From the human T2T-CHM13v2.0 reference genome, Homo sapiens: 64,000 bases of DNA. The notes beneath the pieces were generated by a model. The model did no database searches. It was not told the origin of the DNA and saw nothing but the letters and a program-made list of their open reading frames with translations. The stretch is from assembly GCF_009914755.1 (NCBI RefSeq), contig NC_060932.1, one strand, 5' to 3'. How positions within the stretch are numbered: the stretch's first letter is position 1; every line of letters begins with the position of its first letter. Positions 55,547 to 64,000 of this stretch are shown here, in pieces. Both the position numbers and the translations under genes were made by a program.

Positions 55547-56100
55547 ACTCTAACACAACCTACACATCCTAGCATCTTACACCACTATAATAGGACTATA
55601 GCAAACCATATTATATTCTATAATTTCTGGTAGCTAGGAGGAGGATAATGAATGTTCTCAACACAAATAAATGACAAATGTTTGAGATGATGGATATGAT
55701 AATTACCTAGATCAGATCACTATACATTTTATGTATGGAGGCTTCATGGGCTCCATGAATATCCACAAATAGTATTCGAGAATTTAAAAAATAAATAAAA
55801 ATACAATTGCATAAAACAATGAAAAATTAACTCACGGTGGATCAAAGTCTACTGTAAAAGATAAAATTATAAAGCTTAGACATATTTATGATTTGAGGGA
55901 AGGCCAAGTTTTCTTTGAAAAATCCCAGTAACCAGCAGAAATTTTAAAAAGATACAAAATTTTAAAATAACTTTATACATATTAAAGAAAACCAGAAAAT
56001 TTCTGTTCCTTGAAAGGCACTCTTTAGATAATGAATAGGCAAGTCACAGACTTGGAGAATATAATTGCAAAACATGCATTTAACAAATAACTGGTACCGC

Positions 56101-56146
<46 letters not shown>

Positions 56147-56270
56147 CATATATATATGTACACCATATATATATGCACACCATGTATATATATATCACAT
56201 ATATGTGTATATATGTATATATATACCATATACATATATATACACCGTATACCTATACATACATATATGT
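56101..56270. repeat. (TA)n/(CA)n compound microsatellite
   Basis: Read directly from the sequence. Confidence 0.9.
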
Positions 56271-59200
56271 CTCAAATACATGTGCTGTGAAAGTTTCACA
56301 AATGAAGAAACTAAAATTGAAATTGAATACCACCTTAAGACTTCATGGTTGGAAAGTGTCAAAGGCAAGGAATGAACGTGAGTCTTTTTTGTTTCTTCAG
56401 AGCTCTTTATATCAGGCCTGAGGCATGGAGGTAGATGCATGTAACTTATTTCTGAGGTGATGCCCAGAAGAAAGCATAAGAGAACAGGGAGGAAAAGATC
56501 TATTAGAAGCAATATAAATATGTACTAACAATATATATATAAACTTTCACAACACAAAATTTTAAAAACACCAACAAAAGGAATCTGTGAAACAGCTGAA
56601 ATGATGCTTTCCAAATAGAAGCTGCATGACTGTCGAGTGAACACATGAAAAAGTGCTCCAATCACCAGTAATCAGTGAAATGCATATTAAACCCACAATT
56701 AAATATGCACCGTTACTATACCCAGAGGAATAAAGATTTGTAACAGAAAAAGTTTACAAGGATGTGGAGCAAAGGGAACACGAGCACACTGTTGGTGGGA
56801 GTGTACCATGGCACATGACTTTGAAAAACGCCTGGCAATTTTTAATAAATGAAACATACAACTAACCTACCACCTAGAAATGTAACTTAGGTATTTACAC
56901 AAGAAAAAGAAACTATACAATTACATACACACATACACACACACAACTTGTTCAGAAATGTCTGCAGAAACTGTATCCATAAGATCAAAACTTGGAAATT
57001 GCCAAAGTCATTGCCAACATGGGAGGAAGCACTCTGGTTATATTTATCCAATTTAGCATAAAAAAGGGATACATTGCCGATATCCGCAAGAACATTCCTG
57101 GATTGCAGTTGCTGAAGCTTGGTTTCATTTTTCATGATAATTTTTGACAGCGTGGATTTAAAATTTACAAATCTGTCAGTCTTACTTTTGGAAGTTCCTC
57201 CACATTCCTTCTGTAGATAATATTCCTTTAATTGCTTCCAGTCCTATAGCTTCATTTTCACTTTAAAAAACGCATCTGTAATATGGCGAATGTTTTAGGG
57301 AAAGGGGCTAATTTCACATTTTTTTCAAATAGTTAATTATTTTTCTCAGCATCATTATGAAGTAGCTTTTTTCCCACGTATTTGTAATGTGTTTCTATCA
57401 TTTACAAAATTCCCATCCACTAAGTTTGTTGTTGGTCTGTCTTGCTCTATCCACTATCGTTTTAACTGTGGTCGTTGTAGTGTTTAGCCAACATCAGATG
57501 CACCATCTTCCACTTGTGTCAACACTGTACTCAACTTCGTGTACTTTCAGATTAATCAACAGCTACAATCATTGTATATACATATTTTTTAGTAACTGTA
57601 TGTTCCTGTTACCACCTTTTAAAAGATGTCAGTTTTGTTAAAACTGCTGACAAAGAAAAGAAGACTAAAATACAGCAGCTTGATTCCAGGGAGGTTTTTA
57701 ACTTACTGAAACTCAGTACTGTAGACTTGAACTTATAGCTCTTTAATCATCCAGAAGTTTAGTGGAATATAATGTAAACATTTATAAAGGAGAGAAAATT
57801 TTACGGTTGGAGAGGAGGATGCAGAGATTCTAATTTTCTAATGCCTTTGCAGAGAAAAAAAGGTTAGTTACTTTACTTTTCAGAGCTAAAAGGTATCTTA
57901 GAGTCATCTAGTTTGAAATCTTCATTTTCCTGCTAGGGGAATGGAAGTACAGGTGTGAAGTCATTTGTACAATGTCACGCCTCTTCCACGTGGCTGAGTC
58001 GGGGTGAGGGCACATGCCTTCTCACTCTCAGTCTCCTTTCTACCCACCAGGCTGCTTCCAAGAAATCCATCTATTGTAATATGGTTTTGTATAGGAATCT
58101 TACATGCAAGGGCTGGGCAATTTTGATATCCTTTTAGAAGAAAGGTAAGAGAAGAAAGTCTAAGCCACCAAGGAGAGCAATTAGAATGCAAACAGGTTTG
58201 ATCTGTCCAAAGAAGGCACTTTAAAGGAAGCGTGCGCTCATTAACCACATCATTTGCTAACCGGGCCGCCAGAGCCCCAGTCCCCACTGTGCCAGCCCCA
58301 AGCTCACTGCCAACCACAGCCCGTGTGATGATGAAAGCAGCTGAGCCCTGGCAACCCCGCGGCGGTCTCATTGGGGAAGATCTGGAGAGGGAAGAAAGAC
58401 GCAGACACCCCATCATCGTAAAATACAGTTTGAATAATTTTGAGAAACAATTGTTCAGGAGGCGAACTTCTAAATCTCCAGGGCTGTACCACCCAGGGGA
58501 ACTTCTTTATCAAAGAAAAGTGCACGCAAAGGGCGTGGGAAATGGCAAACTCGGGGGAAAATGACAGCATTTTTTGAGATGAGGCTTCGAGAAAATCATT
58601 TCCACGAGGAGAGCTTTGCCACACAGGAAGACTCGCAGTTTCAAACTGCAAGATTTAACATGCAGTTTAAAATCTTCCGAATGTGCTTCAGGAGTTTGCA
58701 ATGCTACCTGCAGAAGCACTGTTGCTTTTGGGGCAGAAAATAGTTTTCCTCCTGTCATTGTAAATAAAAACACTTTAGCTTAGCTACTAAAATCACAAAT
58801 ATTTTCATATACTATACATATATAATTTTACTTATATATATTATTTTTATAACCATAGCAAAAATTATGCGCTATATCAGCAATAAAACAGGCAACACAT
58901 TTCTTAGCTTGTTTTTCTTATACTACGTAAAATTGTTTTTGCTTTTACATTATAACTTAATATCCACTCTGTACAGAAATTATTGTAGTCTTAATTTTAC
59001 AGATGACAGAACTGAGGCCCATCAGATCTTGTTAGTCTTGGGAACATCATCCCTCCATTTGTCTTTGATTTGTTTGATCTGTTCAGTATACAATGAATCT
59101 TTTAAAAAGTCAATATCTTCACGGCTGCAGGACTAGAAATAACAATACGTCCAGCTTAAGAACTCATGCAGCTGTATGGATTTAAGGCATCCTTACTAAT

Positions 59201-60084
59201 GACAGCCTAGTAGAGAGGAGGAGAACATTATGGGGAAAGTAACTCCCAATCTTATGTTCTCCTCAGTGTTTGGTCCCGACTTCAGGCTGACTCTGAATAA
59301 TTTCTTTAATGGGTAGAAAACGAAGCAGAAATAGAAACTGAATTCACAATTCCAGGATTCCTTTACCCACTCTGTACTAAACTCCACCTAATGCCCAGAG
59401 ATTCTAGATTATTGCAGGTTTTATACTAGATTATCTTCAGGTTGGAAGGCTTATAAAAATCCAAGTCCTGTAGATTGCTAAGTTTTATACTGTAGGTGAA
59501 AGAAAATGCAAAGTATGGAAGGGTTACAGTCAATATAAGACTCTAGAATTATGTAATGAGATAAATATTATATACATAATTCTATATACATATAATTGTG
59601 TATATACACACAAATACATGGATATGGTGTGTATGTGTGTGTATCTGAGTGTCATACACATATATCATGACACTCAGATCTTATAAGCATTCATCCACAG
59701 AAATGAACCCTTGGGTCCTGTTAATGACCTTTGTCTGATCCTGACAGTCACCAACCTTGCTGCTTCCCAGGGCCTGAACGCCTGCAAAACCACTCCAGTT
59801 CCATCAAAGAGAGGATACCCGTTCTTCTCACTAACTCACCCATGGTTCTAGGGTCCTAGGTTAATTGGTCAGCATCTAGAGGAACACAGTGCTCGTGATC
59901 ACGCACATAAACTCCTAGGAATGTATTTCAGCCTCATTTATGGACTAAACAGATCTTTTTTATTTGACTCTGCATGATTATCTTGTGATTACTGGCATAA
60001 GGATGACTAAATGATAATCTCATAGAAATTAAAAAGAAATCAATAAACATGGGATAGAAGTTCCCTTTATTGCTTGCTTGCTTC

Positions 60085-60152
60085 TTTTTTTTTTTTTTTT
60101 TTTTTTTGTCGCCCAGGCTGGAGTGCAGTGGCACAATCTCGGCTTACTGCAA
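60085..60152 (-). mobile_element. Very short Alu 3' fragment with T-tail
   Basis: T-run then gtcgcccaggctggagtgcagtggcacaatctcggcttactgcaa. Confidence 0.8.
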
Positions 60153-60157
60153 GGCTA

Positions 60158-60315
60158 CTCCCTTCCTTCTTTCTTTCTTTCCTTCTTTCTTTCTTCTTGT
60201 TCTCCTTTCTCTCTTTCTCTCTCCCTCCTTCCTTCCTTCCTTCGTCTTGTCTTTCTGTCTTTCTGTCTCTGTCTCTCCCTCTCTCTCTGTCTCTCTTTTT
60301 TTTTTTTTTTTTTTT
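60158..60315. repeat. CT-rich compound microsatellite plus T-run (tail of the 7SL copy)
   Basis: (CTTT)/(CCTT)/(CT) units. Confidence 0.9.
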
Positions 60316-60613
60316 AAGAAAAGATCTCGCAGTGTTGCCCAGGCTGGAATACAGTGGCTTTTCAGAGTCAGTGTCCTACTAATCGTCACCTCAGGAATTT
60401 GAGCTTTCTCAGTTTCCAATCTGGGCCAGTTCACATCTCCTCAGGCAACCCGGTGGTCCCCTGCTCCCAGGAAGTCACCATATTAATATTGAACTTAGTG
60501 CAGACACCCAATCAGCATAATGCTCTACAGCCCAGAACTCCTGGGCTCAAGTGATCCTGCTGCTTCAGCCTCCAGAGTAGCTGGGACTACAGGTGCATGC
60601 CTCCATGACTGGC
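60316..60613 (-). pseudogene. Full-length 7SL (SRP RNA) pseudogene
   Basis: Contains the 7SL S-domain that Alu lacks: 'ggcaacccggtggtcccctgctcccaggaagtcaccatattaatattgaacttagtgcagacaccc', with Alu-domain ends. Confidence 0.92.
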
Positions 60614-60946
60614 ACCATCAAGAGTTTCTTTTTTAATCCTAAAATATTCTTACAATGAACAACTAATATAGAAGTGATATGTATTAACACGATTTGTTCA
60701 TATGACATGTTTCATAAAGTTGTTACAAGGTGAGTTAACAGGTTCTGTAGTTTTTATAACATCTATAAGTATGCGCATTCATTTTATTTACATAATGACC
60801 ATATGACTATTATTCAGAATGTTTTACTAGTAACAATATTAAAAACTGTGTACATACTTTAACACTATGTAAAATAGAGCATGGGTACTAATTTCTATAT
60901 ACCTTTATTCTGTTAGATAAAAAAAGACATGTAACCACGCCTAGTA

Positions 60947-61069
60947 TTTCACAAATGAAGAAAGTGAAGTTGAAATTGAATAACACCTTAAGACTTCAAG
61001 GTTGGCAAGTGTCAAAACCAGGGATTGAACTTGAGTCTTATTGGTTCTCTTACAGGACTCCTTATACCA
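60947..61069. mobile_element. MIR-like fragment, duplicated at 56294-56414
   Basis: 'tttcacaaatgaagaaagtgaag...agggattgaacttgagtct' follows the MIR core pattern. Confidence 0.6.
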
Positions 61070-61356
61070 TACAACCTTTTCTTTCATCAGCAAAATATAA
61101 CACAATTGGAGTTTTGTTATGGACCAGTGACTAAATCTCTTGTGTTGGCTTAGAGGTAAAATAAGACACAATAAAAGAATGTTATGAAGCTTCAGATGTC
61201 ATTTGACGAGGATTAAAATAATCCTGTGTAATATATAATCCTTTTCAAATCATAACTCATCAACTACCAAGTAACCATATCTCATAAGCAATGAGTACCG
61301 TCCCGTATTGTGTGTGTTAATCAGTTTAGGATTCTTTTTCCAAATGGAACTCAGCT

Positions 61357-61800
61357 GTATTAGTCAGGGGAACACTAGCTAATATAACAAACAAAACTCA
61401 CCATTAGATTGTAAAACAACAGAAGCCTATTTCTTGTCCCAGTCAAAGTACAACGCAGCATGCTGAAGATGCTGGTTACAGGTGGCTTTAATAGCCATGG
61501 TGAGCACATGTCCCAAGTTCTTTCCATTTTCAGCCTCTGCCATCCCCCTGGGCCTCACTGCCATCACATGCTACCAGCACATGCTCCCATCACATAGAAG
61601 AAGAGAGAGATGAGAGGAGAGAATAGGAGAAGAGAAGGGTTTCTCAAAATCCTTTATCCAGAAGATATAGACATTAAATTCACACTCACTTTCCATTGGT
61701 GAGAAATGGTCACACAACTACAAAGAGACACAAGCAGCTGGGAAATATAGTCCCAAATGCTTCCTGGCATTAGTCCTATTTTATAAAAGGCGAACACCCA
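61357..61800 (-). mobile_element. MLT1J/K-like LTR
   Basis: 'tgtattagtcagg...aacaacagaagcctatttcttg...ccattggtgagaaatggtcacac...gctgggaaatatagtccc'. Confidence 0.6.
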
Positions 61801-64000
61801 GTTTTCTGGATTTCTGATCTTATAGGCTGTGTCAATGTTTCATTGCATTAGAACAGATCACTAATCATCTTTAAGGTTCCAAAATCCTATTCCACACAGA
61901 GAAATAAATTTATTCTGTGCTAAACCAGTGCCATGGATGGGAAGTGTGTACAACGAAAACCTTAGAGGACCAGGGTTCAAAACACATCTTTGTCTTAGAA
62001 GTTGTGCTAATGTGGAGATGGCATTCAAGTCTAACCTTCACTTCCTCCAAGTAAAGAATTATTTGACATGGGGGTAATTGCAAGGGAAGGGGCGCAGACA
62101 TATGTCTGATAACAGCTCTCTTGTAGGACAGCATAAACAACATTATTTCATTCACTATCTCACATGTTCCTCAAATACTAGGAAGAGAGGCTGATGAGGA
62201 AGCGTTTTACAGGAAGGAATGTTCTATCAATATCCAGAGAAGCTGTGTCTGTGTCTGTTCTGATCCTGCCTGTGATTTTAAGGAGAAAAATTCTATGCAA
62301 TCCAAGCCCTTTTTGAGAGCTATTTTGGAGGACCACGTGATGTGATCATCTTCATTAAAAACTGATTGTGCAACAGGATCATTGTTTGGCATTCTGTATG
62401 TCCTAACTTAATTTCTCTAACAGCTTTATGAAATGGGAATGTCAGTCCCATGTTATGAAAAAAAAAAAAAAAAAAAAAAACTTCAAACTCAAGAGAAAAT
62501 AATAAATCTAGGATTCAAACTTCTGTCTCTCTGGTGGAAACCACTATTCTCTATCTCGCCAAAATGCTCACCTAAAAACAGTCTTCATCTGATGTAAGCT
62601 GACGCTAAAATTTGTCAGAACCAGACTTTAAAAATGACTGTGACTGCCGCTGATAGCAGCCCGGCTAAATGTCATGTGAATCTGTCCTCCTCCTGCAGCC
62701 TATGCTTACACCCATGAAGAATTTCTCCTGGTGAGAGTGGTGTACACACCAGCAAGCTGAACGAGCTTACCTCATTTGCTCACTATTCCCCTTGCACAGG
62801 ATTTGTTTTTTTTTGAAGCGGTGTACTCTTATCACTCCTTAATCTTGTGAGTCTCTTCATTTATTGTACTGGGGTGGGAGGAAGCCTGCATACAAGCACA
62901 GACATATGGTTTTTATTTAATGAGCTAATGAAAAGAATGCATTTCAAGACATAGCACATATTACGGTGACTCAAATTGCTTATGCTATTTCATGTTTTTA
63001 TAAGTTACCATCTAATTTGTCATTACAATTCAAAGTAACTTCATTTTCCCCTGTGGAGTACTGAAAATTACTGTAACTTATAATTTTATGGTAATTATAG
63101 TGAGAACTCCCATAATTAGTGTAGCAAGTTCACCGTTCTATTTATTTTTCCAAATGAGTCACACCCCTGGTAGGGGAAACTTGCTGTGTAGGTTTAAAGC
63201 TCCAGGTGCTATCTATAGGTGCATGGTATCTCATCATCATAACCTTTCTTCCTATTTCCCCTCTGAAATATTCTCCCCGACCAACTTGAGGAAAGATCTA
63301 AGTTTAAAATAGAATAATACTGAAAATTTAGTCTGCTTAGAACATATGCCATATTTACATGGAACGAAAAGAAGCTTACGGCACCCAAGGCCCTTGCATT
63401 TATTTGTTCTCAAGTTTTTGTGTGTAATATATACTTACTCAATAAACTGCTTCCATTCAGAGCACAAGAATTATCCGGTCGTCTACCTTCCATCCAAATG
63501 TGTGGCTGTAGTATCCACCAAAGCTCCTCAGTCATGAAATAGGACCTCTATCCTCCCGCTTACAGTTTTAATAACAGCTGTGGATTGGACTTTATTAGTG
63601 CTTCTAGTCCTCTCCAGCCCCGTGTTGATGCCTTGGTTCAGGTGCTCATTATTTCTGCTTTATTCAAAGTCTCCTTGAAAACAGGAGGACCTGCAGAGAT
63701 AATCACTTCATTCTTCGTGCCCCAGACATACCTGTACATAGCTTTAGAATAACAACACCTGAGAACACGTTGGCAACAATATAGAGCAACAGGGACTTTC
63801 CTACTCTGCGAGTGTGGACCTGAATTATGACTGGCATTTTGGAGAGAAGTTTGGCAAAACTGAGAAAAAAGGAAGATGATTATATCCCACAGCCAGGATA
63901 GTCAAGGTTTTAGTTATATTATTAGGAGTAATACTCAGAAATAAAAAAGTGAATTGCACAAGAAAAGATGCATACAAAAGTTTGTTGCAATGTTGTTTAT

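Larger units (their letters stand above)
55000..57060 (+). mobile_element. Fragmented old L1M (L1ME-like) with embedded simple repeats, an L1MA tail piece (~55600-55810) and a non-L1 insert
   Basis: 'gacttcaagatttcctataagctacagtaacc', 'ggcaagtcacagacttggagaatat', 'ggatgtggagcaaagggaacacgagcacactgttggtgggagtgta'. Confidence 0.7.

Noticed and set aside
55248-55575. Low-complexity ORFs (KEGR-rich and PFPSL-rich)
   Set aside because: Translations of the purine microsatellite
57961-58651. 110-151 aa overlapping ORFs as proteins
   Set aside because: No recognisable domain; such lengths are expected by chance in GC-richer sequence

Overview
Primate genomic DNA, most likely human: it has a near-consensus AluYa-lineage element, AT-rich sequence and a high repeat density. 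The window looks intergenic or intronic. I could not identify any protein-coding exon; nearly all ORFs in the track come from Alu, L1 or simple repeats. Recognisable content: about 12 Alus; young and old L1 pieces; ERV1, ERVL and MaLR LTRs; a 7SL pseudogene; a tailless 5S rRNA fragment; and a chimeric SNORA70 + RPL10 retrocopy. Three structures stand out. (1) A ~2.3-kb, 32-bp-unit, CpG-dense minisatellite grew out of an L1PA 3'UTR that is itself nested in a MER50 LTR. (2) A retrocopy starts exactly at the SNORA70 5' end, keeps the downstream intron stub and then runs through spliced RPL10 exons to poly(A), a fossil of a snoRNA-capped polyadenylated RNA. (3) A short insert is stitched together from two separate nearby templates. 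Repeat subfamily names come from remembered consensus sequences and need RepeatMasker/Dfam confirmation. I do not claim a new biological system; the VNTR is the best candidate for undescribed function.
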